From assembly GCA_045126575.1 (NCBI GenBank), contig JBGVOQ010000006.1, positions 36,498-100,497 of the forward strand: a stretch of 64,000 bases of DNA. Direction: 5' to 3'. The position numbers and the translations under genes are program-made. The DNA comes from Candidatus Onthoplasma sp. GTDB taxonomy: Bacteria; Bacillota; Clostridia; Christensenellales; UBA1242. The first letter of the stretch is position 1; each line of letters opens with the position of its first letter. Below, one piece after another: positions 16,491 through 26,132 of this stretch. Below the pieces are notes generated by a model, which saw only the letters and a list, made by a program, of their open reading frames with translations, was not told the origin of the DNA and did not search any database.

Positions 16491-19400
16491 GGTGAGGTTA
16501 ATGTTGCTAGAGGTAGTGAAAATTTGGTGTATAGTTATGATGTTAATCAAAAATCCACAGCACCTATTGCATACGAGTATATTTTTAGCAATGTAAACAA
16601 TAAGGATATGGCAGTAAATATCAAGGAAGTAATAGCCGATGATGTGATAGTGTCGTATAAATGGAGTGATGAAAGGTTGGGTAAGGGCGAAATAACCGAA
16701 ACAACAAACTATTTTATCACACAGCCTATATCTAGAAGTGCTAATAAGTATTTATATGTTGTAATTCAGCCAAGCGACATAAACACCCCAGTTACTGAGG
16801 AGGTAACAGTAAGATGGAACTATGGTGAGTCCGGTACGTTAACAAAAATACACACAGTAAGTGGTTTACCATTTACTCAAACATACATTAAGGGTGTGGC
16901 AATCAACAGGGGCGATTTGTTGGAGCCTAATGTCGACGAAGGGTATGCCTTTGGCGGCTGGTACTGGGACGAGTATTATACTCAGCCTGTAACATTTCCA
17001 TTTAAAGATATAGATAAACCAATGTACGCCCGCATAGGCTCACCTTTGCCAGACGACTGGTATGATACGGTCTCGTATTCAGCATCGTCATATTACAGAA
17101 TGTATGGCGTTGTTACATCAGGTAAGCCTATACAAACGCTAAAAAGTAGAGATATAATTATTCCTGAATTTCATAATGGTAAGGAAGTAGAGGTGGTTGC
17201 AGCACAATTGGTGGGTGCAACTAATGTTAAATTACCTGAAAGTGTTAAATATTTGGACAGTGCTTTCAGTAGTAATAAAAATGTGAAAAAGGTACTTATC
17301 CCAAACTTTGTAAAATATATAAGCTCAACGACGTTTAAGGATTGCATAAATCTTGAGGAGATTGTGTTTGAGGATGGGTCACAGTTGGAAACAATAAGCG
17401 ATGGAGCTTTTTCGGGCTGTGCTAAATTGAATAATGTAAGGATTCCATCTAGTGTAACACAGATAGATGGCAGTGCCTTTGCTAATTGTACTAGTTTGAC
17501 TAGGATTAGTATCCCATCTAGCGTTACTAAAATTAAAAATAGCACATTTAGCGGTTGTGCAAACTTGAAAGAAGTAAATTTACCATCAACTATAACTGAA
17601 ATAGGGGCCAGTGCATTTAAAGATTGCAAAAGCTTGCTTAATATAAACCTTGATAATTGCACGAGTTTGGGAAAAATATATGATAGAGCATTTGAAGGTT
17701 GCTCAAGTTTAATCGCAATAACAATTCCTGCCAGTGTTAATAGTATTGGTAGTTATACTTTTTCAAGTTCAGGCTTGCAACATATAGTTTTTGAACAAAA
17801 CTCCGTATTAACTACTATAGGAGAATACGCATTTTCGAGTTGCAAAAAATTGGAGGGAATACTAATTCCAGCCAGCGTAGCAACAATGGGTAAAAATGCT
17901 TTCAGTGTTTGCACAAAATTAAAAAGTGTTAACTTTGAGGAAGGATGCTTATTATCTGAGATAAGTCAACACGCTTTTTCAAGTTGTGGCCTAATAGAAA
18001 TAGAAATCCCTGAAAACGTTGTTACCTTAGGTACGTATGCATTTTACAATTGCAACCAATTAACAGGTTTAAACTTTAAGGGCGATAAGCTGACAACAAT
18101 AGCAGACCATGCGTTTGAAAATTCATCTTCAATCTCAGGCACGGTTATAATTCCTAAAAGTGTAACAACTATTGGCGAATATGCGTTTTATGGTAACAGA
18201 ATAGACTATTTAATATTTGAAGAGGGCTCCCAACTTACAAGTATAGGCAGTTCTGCATTTAAGGATAATAAGATAAAAAATGATATAACCATCCCTAGTG
18301 GAGTAACCGAAATAAAAAACTATACATTCTTTGGCAACCAAATGGGAAAGGTTTATTTACCTTCGGGTATAACCAGCATAAGGAGTGATGCGTTTAGAGC
18401 ATGTTCAAACTTAACCAATATAAATATTCCATCTAGTGTAACACTGATAGATAGCTATGCGTTTAACGGTTGTACAAGTTTAACTGAAATTACAATCCCT
18501 AATGGTGTTTCTACTATATATTATGGCACATTTTCTAGTTGCAGCAACCTAAGAAAAGTTAGTATCCTGGATGGTGTGACCAAGATAGGTAATAGTGCAT
18601 TTAATAACTGTACAAGTTTAACCCAAATTAGTATCCCTGATAGTGTAGCCAGTATGGGAGATAGTGTATTTTCTGATTGTACAAGTTTAACTGAAATTAC
18701 CATTCCTTCTAGTGTAACTAGTATAGGCAGTGGTGCATTTAGGAATTGTACAAGTTTAACTGAGATTACAATCCCTAATAATGTAACCAGTATAGGCAAT
18801 TCAGCATTTAGTGATTGTACAAGTTTAACTGAAATTACAATCCCAGCAAATGTAACCAGTATAGGCAGTGGTACATTTAGTGGTTGTAGTGGAGTAACAT
18901 ATATAACTGTCCATCCAGATAACCCAACATACGATAGCCGTTATAACTGTAATGCAATTATTGAAAAATCTACAGGTGCATTAATTCAGGGTTGCAATTC
19001 AACAGTAATACCAAATGATATTACTAGCATTGGCAATACTGCATTCCGTAATTGTACTGGATTAACTGGTGAGTTGGTAATACCGGAAGGCGTTGTTACT
19101 ATAGGTAATAGTGCTTTCCGTGGTTGTTCAGGATTAACAAGTATAGTACTACCATCTACATTAACCAGTATAGGCACATATGCATTTTATGATTGTACCA
19201 ATCTAAAAAAAGTACATAATTCATCTAATTTAACCATAACAAAGGGTTCGTCATCTAATGGCTATATAGGATATTATGCTTCCAATATACTTACATCATT
19301 AAAAGATGGGGCTGGAATTATATATGATGAAACAAATGACGGATTGGTGGTTACTGGATATAATGGACAAACAACTGATGTGGTGCTAGATAGCCGCACA

Positions 19401-22400
19401 GTTAGCATTGCAAATAATGCGTTTAACGGTTGTACAACAATAACCAGCATTACAATACCGTCAAGTGTAACCACTATAGGTGAAAGTGCTTTTTATCAAT
19501 GTGCAAATTTATTTACCGTTAATTTTGCTGATAACTCTCAAATAACCAGTATAGGTAAAAGCGCATTTGCTTATAGTTATTGCTTATCAAATATCAACTT
19601 GGAAAGTTGTTCACAACTTACCACTATAGGAGCTTCTGCATTTTATGAGTGTTATAATTTAACCAGGATAGTTATACCTGAAAAGGTTACCTCAATTGGT
19701 AGTAATGCATTTTATAATTGTGCTAAATTGTATACAGTGTACGACTTAAGTACGGCACTTAATATAACTAAAAACTATAGTTCTTATGGGGGCGTGACAT
19801 CAAACTCCAAGGAAATATTATATACTAGTGATGCAGCAAGCAAGCAACAAGTAATAGATGGCATAAAGTATTACCAGGTGGGCTCAAATCTTACTGCAAT
19901 AGGCCTAGCAGATATTAGCAAAACTAATATAACATTTAATAGCAGTGCAACGCGTATAGCCAGTTATGCTTTTAATTGGTATAATAGTATAACTAGTGTA
20001 CAAATACATAGTGGAATAACTACTATAGAAAATTCCGCTTTCCAAAACTGTGAAAATTTAACTGAAATAATAATGCCTGAAACTATGCGAACGATACAAC
20101 ATAGTGCTTTTTCGGGTTGTACTAGTTTAACAAAAATTAATATACCATCATGTGTAACTATTTTAACAGGTTCCTTATTTAAAGGATGTAGTAGTTTAAC
20201 TCAATTGGATATCCCTTCCACTGTAACCGAATTTGAGGGGTCAGTATTTGTGGGTACTGGGTTTACTAGCTTTACAATTCCAGCCACGGTAACTAAAATT
20301 GGAGCGGGATTGTTTAAAGATTGTAAAAACTTAACATCTGTTACATTTGAAAACGAAGATAGTATAACCAGTATACCTTCGGATATGTTTTATAATTGTA
20401 GCAATATTACACAATTTGTTATACCTAAAAATGTAACATTTATTGCTAATGGTGCATTCTATAACACAGGATTAACGCAAATTACTATTCCGGCCAGTGT
20501 AACCTCAATTGGCTCTGGCCATTCTTGTGTAACATTTGGACATTGTGTAAATTTAACTACTGTAATATTTGAGGAGGGTTCACAGTTAACGGAACTTAAT
20601 TATTCATTTAGTGGATGTATTAATCTTGTAGATATAAACTTAGAAACCTGTACAAAGTTAACAAAAATAGGCGAAAGCTCGTTTAGAGGATGTAAAAAAT
20701 TATCTAAAATAAAATTACCTGCAAGCGTTACTACTATAGGATCCAGTGTATTTTATGACTGCACGAGTTTAACTAATATTAGCTTACCAGATAGTATTAA
20801 AATAATTGGTGACAAAGCATTTTATAATACTGGTATAACTACTATTAAATTGCCTAGCAGTTTAACATCTATTTCAGGAGACTCTTTTTACCATAAGCCT
20901 CAATTTAGTTCCCAATTAAAGGGCAGGATTATTATTCCGGCTAGCGTAAAGGGTATAGGTGCGTATGCATTTGATGGCTGCACTGAAATTACTGAAGTGT
21001 GGTTTGAAGAGGGTTCTCAACTAACTACTATAAATGACTATGCATTTAGAGGATGTAAAAAATTAAAAAGCATTAACATACCTGACGGTGTAACCACTAT
21101 AGGCACATATGCATTTAGTGAATGTTCAAGTTTGGAATGTGTTACAATAAGCCCAAATTCAAATCTTACATCACTTGGTACCTATGCCTTTTATAAATGT
21201 ACCAACTTAAAGGAAATTTATATTCCTACTAATGTGAAAGATATACTTACTTATACTTTTAGCGGTTGTTCTAGTTTGCAAAAGGTTAATATTCCATCAA
21301 AGGCAGCTTCAATTGGCAAATATGCATTTTCTGGTTGTAGCCAACTTAGCATACTAACTTTTGATGAAAATTCAAGCCTAGTAACCATTGAAGAAAGTGC
21401 GTTCCGTAGTTGCTATAAATTATTTAAACTTGTAATACCAGCAAGCGTGGAAACTATAGGTATAAACGCGTTTGCGGGTTGTGACAACCTAACTATTTTA
21501 AAATTTGAAGCTAATAGTAATCTTAAAACTATAGGCGACAATGCATTCTATTATAATTCAAGTAATTCCTGCAACATTACAGGTGAACTTGTAATACCTG
21601 CCAGTGTGGAAACTATTGGGGGAGGGGCCTTTGCGTATTGTGCAGATATAACAGCATTAACTTTTGAAGCAGGATCTAGGTTAACTACAATAGGAGCTAA
21701 AGCATTTAGGGATTGTACAGGCATTACTAGCATAAATATCCCAGCAAACGTAACAAGCATTGGCACGTCTCCGTTCATTAATTGCTTGAATTTAAATAGT
21801 ATAACGGTAGACCCTAAAAACACATCATTTGATAGCCGAAACAATTGTAATGCAATTATTGAAACTGCTTCAGGTAAGCTAATACAGGGTTGTAATACAA
21901 CCACTATTCCAAACGATATTAAGGCAATAGGTGATAATGCATTCTATTATTACTCAGGTCTAACAGGTGATTTAGTAATTCCAGAAGGAGTTACAAGCAT
22001 AGGCCAATATGCATTTGATCATTGCACGGGGTTAACCGGGGATTTAGTAATTCCAGAAGGTGTTACAACCATAGGTCCATATGCGTTCAACTATTGCACG
22101 GGATTAACCGGGGATTTAATCTTGCCGGACAGCCTAACATCTATAGGAAACTATGCTTTTAAAGATTGTAAAATAACGGCTTTAATTGCTTCCCAAAATT
22201 CGCAACTAACCACTATAGGTGAATATGCTTTTCAAGGCACGAAATTAAAATTAGGTGTTATCCCATCACGTGTTACTAGTATTGGAAATAGAGCGTTTTA
22301 TTCAAGCGGGCTAAAAGTTGTATGTAATTTATCGAGCCTAACAATAACCCCTGGTTCAGGTAGTAATGGGAATGTGGGAACAAATGCTAAGGAAATATAT

Positions 22401-23123
22401 AAATCTCTGCCAGTTAAAATTAATAATGTATGGTATGTGCAGCATGATGAGGAATTTATTGCCATCGCATATACTGGCAAAGAACTAGAAATTAAATTGC
22501 ATAGCAACACAACAAAAATACACGAATACACCTTTTCCGAATGTGATGATTTGGAAAAAGTAATTATTCCAAAGGGCGTAACCACTATTGGAGAGTGTGC
22601 ATTTAGTGGATGTGATTTGTTATATAGCGTAGAATTTGAAGAGGATTCGCAGCTTACAACAATAGAGGCAGAAGCATTTTATACTTGTACAAACTTATAT
22701 AGTATAACAATCCCAGCAAGCGTTGTAACAATTGCAAATAACGTATTTAGCAAGTGTTCAAAACTAACCAGTGTAATATTTGAGCAAGGATCTCAGCTAA
22801 ACAGCATTGGCAATAGTGCATTTAGCAGTTGTTCAAAACTAACTACTGTAACACTTGAGGAATGCTCTCAGTTGACAAGCATTGGCAATAGTGCATTTAA
22901 CAGTTGTTCAAAACTAACCAGTATTGTGATAGGAGCAAGTGTAACCACTATAGGAAGCAATGCATTCTCTTATTGTTCTGCTTTACAATCGGCAATATTT
23001 GAAGCAACCGAAGGATGGAAGGCAGGCAGCACGGTATTAGATGCATCAACACTTGAAAATACATCTACTGCTGCATCGTATTTGAAAAATACATATAAGT
23101 CAAGTACGTGGACTAGGAGTTAG
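16311..23123 (+). CDS. Giant BspA-type leucine-rich-repeat (LRR_5-like) surface protein, N-terminal signal anchor, Listeria-Bacteroides-repeat-like segment
   Basis: 2270 aa. N-terminal TM (IVISLGIALTAALAVIVGVLMF), GYAFGGWYWD, then dozens of 23-24-aa units of the type IPSSVTSIGSGAFxNCTSLTEITIP. Confidence 0.9.
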   Translation: MKAKKIVISLGIALTAALAVIVGVLMFNQGGKTEPQIFAQPHNQGLVAEEFKPTTYYFDEGEVNVARGSENLVYSYDVNQKSTAPIAYEYIFSNVNNKDMAVNIKEVIADDVIVSYKWSDERLGKGEITETTNYFITQPISRSANKYLYVVIQPSDINTPVTEEVTVRWNYGESGTLTKIHTVSGLPFTQTYIKGVAINRGDLLEPNVDEGYAFGGWYWDEYYTQPVTFPFKDIDKPMYARIGSPLPDDWYDTVSYSASSYYRMYGVVTSGKPIQTLKSRDIIIPEFHNGKEVEVVAAQLVGATNVKLPESVKYLDSAFSSNKNVKKVLIPNFVKYISSTTFKDCINLEEIVFEDGSQLETISDGAFSGCAKLNNVRIPSSVTQIDGSAFANCTSLTRISIPSSVTKIKNSTFSGCANLKEVNLPSTITEIGASAFKDCKSLLNINLDNCTSLGKIYDRAFEGCSSLIAITIPASVNSIGSYTFSSSGLQHIVFEQNSVLTTIGEYAFSSCKKLEGILIPASVATMGKNAFSVCTKLKSVNFEEGCLLSEISQHAFSSCGLIEIEIPENVVTLGTYAFYNCNQLTGLNFKGDKLTTIADHAFENSSSISGTVIIPKSVTTIGEYAFYGNRIDYLIFEEGSQLTSIGSSAFKDNKIKNDITIPSGVTEIKNYTFFGNQMGKVYLPSGITSIRSDAFRACSNLTNINIPSSVTLIDSYAFNGCTSLTEITIPNGVSTIYYGTFSSCSNLRKVSILDGVTKIGNSAFNNCTSLTQISIPDSVASMGDSVFSDCTSLTEITIPSSVTSIGSGAFRNCTSLTEITIPNNVTSIGNSAFSDCTSLTEITIPANVTSIGSGTFSGCSGVTYITVHPDNPTYDSRYNCNAIIEKSTGALIQGCNSTVIPNDITSIGNTAFRNCTGLTGELVIPEGVVTIGNSAFRGCSGLTSIVLPSTLTSIGTYAFYDCTNLKKVHNSSNLTITKGSSSNGYIGYYASNILTSLKDGAGIIYDETNDGLVVTGYNGQTTDVVLDSRTVSIANNAFNGCTTITSITIPSSVTTIGESAFYQCANLFTVNFADNSQITSIGKSAFAYSYCLSNINLESCSQLTTIGASAFYECYNLTRIVIPEKVTSIGSNAFYNCAKLYTVYDLSTALNITKNYSSYGGVTSNSKEILYTSDAASKQQVIDGIKYYQVGSNLTAIGLADISKTNITFNSSATRIASYAFNWYNSITSVQIHSGITTIENSAFQNCENLTEIIMPETMRTIQHSAFSGCTSLTKINIPSCVTILTGSLFKGCSSLTQLDIPSTVTEFEGSVFVGTGFTSFTIPATVTKIGAGLFKDCKNLTSVTFENEDSITSIPSDMFYNCSNITQFVIPKNVTFIANGAFYNTGLTQITIPASVTSIGSGHSCVTFGHCVNLTTVIFEEGSQLTELNYSFSGCINLVDINLETCTKLTKIGESSFRGCKKLSKIKLPASVTTIGSSVFYDCTSLTNISLPDSIKIIGDKAFYNTGITTIKLPSSLTSISGDSFYHKPQFSSQLKGRIIIPASVKGIGAYAFDGCTEITEVWFEEGSQLTTINDYAFRGCKKLKSINIPDGVTTIGTYAFSECSSLECVTISPNSNLTSLGTYAFYKCTNLKEIYIPTNVKDILTYTFSGCSSLQKVNIPSKAASIGKYAFSGCSQLSILTFDENSSLVTIEESAFRSCYKLFKLVIPASVETIGINAFAGCDNLTILKFEANSNLKTIGDNAFYYNSSNSCNITGELVIPASVETIGGGAFAYCADITALTFEAGSRLTTIGAKAFRDCTGITSINIPANVTSIGTSPFINCLNLNSITVDPKNTSFDSRNNCNAIIETASGKLIQGCNTTTIPNDIKAIGDNAFYYYSGLTGDLVIPEGVTSIGQYAFDHCTGLTGDLVIPEGVTTIGPYAFNYCTGLTGDLILPDSLTSIGNYAFKDCKITALIASQNSQLTTIGEYAFQGTKLKLGVIPSRVTSIGNRAFYSSGLKVVCNLSSLTITPGSGSNGNVGTNAKEIYKSLPVKINNVWYVQHDEEFIAIAYTGKELEIKLHSNTTKIHEYTFSECDDLEKVIIPKGVTTIGECAFSGCDLLYSVEFEEDSQLTTIEAEAFYTCTNLYSITIPASVVTIANNVFSKCSKLTSVIFEQGSQLNSIGNSAFSSCSKLTTVTLEECSQLTSIGNSAFNSCSKLTSIVIGASVTTIGSNAFSYCSALQSAIFEATEGWKAGSTVLDASTLENTSTAASYLKNTYKSSTWTRS
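18609..18884 (+). repeat. Four near-identical in-frame 69-bp LRR units (each starts tgtacaagtttaac)
   Basis: Unit starts at 18609, 18678, 18747 and 18816. Confidence 0.8.
21957..22172 (+). repeat. Three in-frame 72-bp LRR units (GLTGDLVIPEGVTxIGxYAFxxCT)
   Basis: Unit starts at 21957, 22029 and 22101; the first two are highly similar at the DNA level. Confidence 0.75.
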
Positions 23124-23131
23124 ACTTAATA

Positions 23132-23152
23132 GGTTGGAATTAATCTAACTAA
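23132..23152 (+). promoter_or_regulatory. Conserved post-stop motif GGTTGGA(A)TTAATCTAACTAA, shared with 49637-49656
   Basis: The same motif lies 9-10 nt after the stop codon of both LRR paralogs and contains the near-palindrome TTGGATTAATCTAA. Confidence 0.4.
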
Positions 23153-23181
23153 TAGTTAAAAAAACGAGATTTACAAATAAC

Positions 23182-23222
23182 AAAAAAAGAGAGTTGATTT
23201 AGGTCAACTTTCTTTTTTTTGT
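23182..23222. terminator. Bidirectional Rho-independent terminator between convergent genes
   Basis: A-run, aaagagagttga-loop-tcaactttcttt, T-run. Confidence 0.75.
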
Positions 23223-23224
23223 TG

Positions 23225-23899
23225 TTAGCGATTGTGATTGGGATTGGAACTTTGTGGGGCTACGGCTGTTGGGAATAGTGGCATTTCAAACATTCCTGGG
23301 CAAACCTCATCACCGGTAAATGGAGTGCATGGTGGTATTGCTGTATAGCCATATGATGGGATTATTACATCAACATTAGCTACTACCTTTAGTATTAGGG
23401 TTACACAAAGTGTAACGTTAAATACGCCATCTTCACCAGCACTTGTTCCTATTGTAGATGATACATTTGCAAAGGCAATCACGTTGATTGGCACGATCGA
23501 TGGCTGTGGCACATACATTATTACATCTTGGCTAATTGTAACAGTTGCAGTACCTGTGCCTGTTACGCCATTGGCATCTGTATAGGTTACTACTACTGGG
23601 ATATTGATATCCGCCTGTACACGTGCAAAGTTTGGTCTATCATCAAAGCGTGTAATTACTAAATTGCTAACCTGAGTAGGTGCATTTGTGCTATAGGCAC
23701 TTATGTAAGTTAGTGGGAATGCTGGATTAGCTGGGCTAAAGTTTGTAACAGTTAATCGATAGTTTTCAAGTTGTGCCTGATACATACAAGCGTCAAACAC
23801 CTTTGTTACCTGCACGGCAATACGCTCGCATAAACCGTTTAATGGATTATTTGTACTCCCTGGGAAAATACCAGGTCGACTGTCAGTATAAAAAGACAT
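23225..23899 (-). CDS. Hypothetical Thr/Val/Ala-rich beta-type protein with N- and C-terminal Cys pairs (possible spore-surface structural protein)
   Basis: 224 aa; CERIAVQVTKVFDAC near the N-terminus, CTPFTGDEVC near the C-terminus; strong SD aggagg; mother-cell-type promoter upstream. Confidence 0.55.
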   Translation of the reverse strand: MSFYTDSRPGIFPGSTNNPLNGLCERIAVQVTKVFDACMYQAQLENYRLTVTNFSPANPAFPLTYISAYSTNAPTQVSNLVITRFDDRPNFARVQADINIPVVVTYTDANGVTGTGTATVTISQDVIMYVPQPSIVPINVIAFANVSSTIGTSAGEDGVFNVTLCVTLILKVVANVDVIIPSYGYTAIPPCTPFTGDEVCPGMFEMPLFPTAVAPQSSNPNHNR

Positions 23900-23924
23900 T
23901 ATCTACCTCCTATGATATATATTT

Positions 23925-23953
23925 TATAGTATGATTATATTTCTTTATTTGTG
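23925..23953 (-). promoter_or_regulatory. Candidate sigma-K/sigma-E-type (mother-cell) promoter: AC-17 nt-CATACTATA
   Basis: The minus strand reads ..cAC aaataaagaaatataat CATActaTA.. about 25 nt upstream of the ATG, matching the B. subtilis sigma-K pattern AC-N16/17-CATAnnnTA. Confidence 0.4.
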
Positions 23954-24025
23954 AAATTTGACTTTTTTTAACTCTACAATTGAAAAAACTTATAGACTTT
24001 GATATAATCTATATAGAGGTGTATA

Positions 24026-24715
24026 ATGCTAGATAAATTAGATGAAATATTACTAAGTAATAATGTTGTTGAAAACTTTTATATCAATTATAGCCAGCCA
24101 GAGTTTAGAAACTGGATTATTTCAATATTACCTGAAATTGAGGATTGCAATGTAACCAAACAAGATAACCCTTGGCATATTTATGACTGCTTGGGACATA
24201 TATTGCACTCGGTTAATGAAATTAACAAGCAAACTGCTGGTTTAGATTTGGACACAAGAAGAATGTTGGCATACACAATGCTATTGCATGATATTGGCAA
24301 ACCTGAGTGTAAAATTAGAAGATATTCAAACCTATATGGCAGGGAAGTAGATAGCTTTTTTAATCACAACCTTGCAAGCGTTAAGATTGGAAATCGTGTG
24401 CTAGATAAATTTAAATTTAAACCACACGAAAAGGAAATGATTTTAAAGTTAGTTGAACATCATGATGCGTTTATAAACTTTACATTAGAACCTACAACTA
24501 ATAAATACAAGCAGCAATTAACCAAGGATAGTGTCAAAAATTTAATTAACCAACTAAATATTAATGACAACGGGCTTCAAATGATGGATTACCTTGTTAT
24601 GGTTGCCAAAGCGGATAATTTGGCTCAAAATCCTGAAATGACACAACAATCACTTAGGTTAATTGGTGAGGTTAAGGCAATTTTAAATGCTAATAACCAG
24701 ATAAGGATATCCTAA
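24026..24715 (+). CDS. HD-domain phosphohydrolase
   Basis: H..H, LLHDIGKPE, NHNLAS, VEHHD. Confidence 0.8.
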   Translation: MLDKLDEILLSNNVVENFYINYSQPEFRNWIISILPEIEDCNVTKQDNPWHIYDCLGHILHSVNEINKQTAGLDLDTRRMLAYTMLLHDIGKPECKIRRYSNLYGREVDSFFNHNLASVKIGNRVLDKFKFKPHEKEMILKLVEHHDAFINFTLEPTTNKYKQQLTKDSVKNLINQLNINDNGLQMMDYLVMVAKADNLAQNPEMTQQSLRLIGEVKAILNANNQIRIS

Positions 24716-24739
24716 TTTTAGGCAATTCCTAATTTAGGG

Positions 24740-24774
24740 TTGAAAATTTTTTAATTGTTTGATATAATAGTACT
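24740..24774 (+). promoter_or_regulatory. Sigma-A promoter TTGAAA-17-TATAAT placed 6 nt before the ATG (probable leaderless mRNA)
   Basis: -10 box at 24763-24768, ATG at 24775, no SD. Confidence 0.45.
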
Positions 24775-25473
24775 ATGAAAATTTATTCGATATCCGATTT
24801 ACATTTAGATATTAACAATACCAAACCTATGAGTGTGTTTGGTCCTGTTTGGCATAACTATATTGATGAGATTGTGGCAGATTGGAACAGTAAGGTAACT
24901 AGCGATGATGTAGTTATACTTGCAGGTGATTTTAGTTGGGCTATGAAGTTGCCGGAAGTGGTGGCGGATTTAAAGTGGCTAGATAGCCTAAACGGCATCA
25001 AAATTTTAATTCGTGGCAATCATGATTATTGGTGGAAGAGCCCTAAGGCAATACGTGAAATTTTACCTAAAAATACTTATGTATTGCAAAATGATGCTGT
25101 AAAGATTGGCAATTATATATTTTGTGGTAATCGTGGTTGGCAAATCCCAGAAGGGCAGTACAACACCTCGGAGGACCAAAAGATATATGCTAGGGAAGTG
25201 TGTAGGTTAGAGTTATCACTACAAGCCGCTAAAAAGTTGCAAACGGAAGATGAAAAAATTATATTTATAACGCACTATCCGCCATTTAATACCAAGCGTG
25301 AGCCTAGCGCATTTACTGATATGCTTGAAAAGTATGGAGTGTACAAAGTTGTATTTGGACATTTACATGGGTACATTCACCCTAAAATGTATTTAAATGA
25401 AATCAATGGTATTAAATATTATTTAACAAGTTGCGATGCGGTTAAAAATAAGTTGGTTTTAATAGAAGAATAA
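24775..25473 (+). CDS. Calcineurin-like metallophosphoesterase
   Basis: ISDLHLD, AGDFSW, RGNHDYWW, GHLHG. Confidence 0.85.
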   Translation: MKIYSISDLHLDINNTKPMSVFGPVWHNYIDEIVADWNSKVTSDDVVILAGDFSWAMKLPEVVADLKWLDSLNGIKILIRGNHDYWWKSPKAIREILPKNTYVLQNDAVKIGNYIFCGNRGWQIPEGQYNTSEDQKIYAREVCRLELSLQAAKKLQTEDEKIIFITHYPPFNTKREPSAFTDMLEKYGVYKVVFGHLHGYIHPKMYLNEINGIKYYLTSCDAVKNKLVLIEE

Positions 25474-25509
25474 AAAAATACACCCTTTTGTGCAAGGGTG
25501 TATTTTTTA
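25472..25509. terminator. Bidirectional Rho-independent terminator
   Basis: A-run, atacaccctt-ttgtgc-aagggtgtat, T-run. Confidence 0.75.
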
Positions 25510-25956
25510 TAGACCATAATATTTAGGACAGTATTTGTTATGTAAAGCTTCGTATCCATTAATGTAGAAACACAAGAATTCATTAATTTGTTCTGCAATT
25601 TCATCTTCTTTCAAGCTTAATTCTTTTGCAATTTGACGATATTCCTTGTCCTTAATCTTCCCAAGGCGAACACTAATAGTATCCATTATATTTTCCTGAG
25701 CAACCGTAGTGCATGAGGTTGCAATTGTTAAAGCCGTGCTAATTAAGTCTTTACGCTTAGCACGATGAGAACTAATGTGTACATGCAATGATGCCTCGTG
25801 ACTAGGTTTACAATTTTGTTCAGCAAAAGTTCCAGGCAAGTGCTTTTCATCTTCAACCTTAAAAATATTATTGTTTACGCGTCGTCTTTCATTAATTATT
25901 TGATTTAAATCTAGTGAAAGACTAAAAGTTTGTCTATTTTTTATCATTATTATCAA
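25507..25956 (-). CDS. Hypothetical protein (possible C-terminal HTH-like segment)
   Basis: ORF only; YRQIAKELSLKEDEIAEQI is weakly HTH-like. Confidence 0.45.
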   Translation of the reverse strand: MIIMIKNRQTFSLSLDLNQIINERRRVNNNIFKVEDEKHLPGTFAEQNCKPSHEASLHVHISSHRAKRKDLISTALTIATSCTTVAQENIMDTISVRLGKIKDKEYRQIAKELSLKEDEIAEQINEFLCFYINGYEALHNKYCPKYYGL

Positions 25957-26132
25957 CCCAACCTTTTTGATATTTCTGATATCTAACGGTAGTATGGCAT
26001 CAATTTTTTATTTGTCAAGGGGTAAGATAAAAAAAGTTTTGGATTGTTAGTAATAATTTTTTGGACATTTGATATTGACAAACTAATCAAACTTGATATA
26101 ATATCGTTAGATATTAAAAGCTGGGAGATTGT

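Noticed and set aside
18609-22172. Whether the regular 69/72-bp repeats could be a CRISPR array or a DGR variable region
   Set aside because: The repeats are contiguous and in-frame, with no unique spacers. There are no cas genes, no reverse transcriptase and no template repeat with A-specific mismatches anywhere in the window.
17171-22585. Many antisense and alternate-frame ORFs inside the LRR genes (for example 17171-17662, 18521-18799, 21551-21904; also 46438-46728 and 48814-49356 in the paralog)
   Set aside because: They are by-products of a repetitive, compositionally biased coding sequence, and the sense frame encodes an uninterrupted LRR protein.
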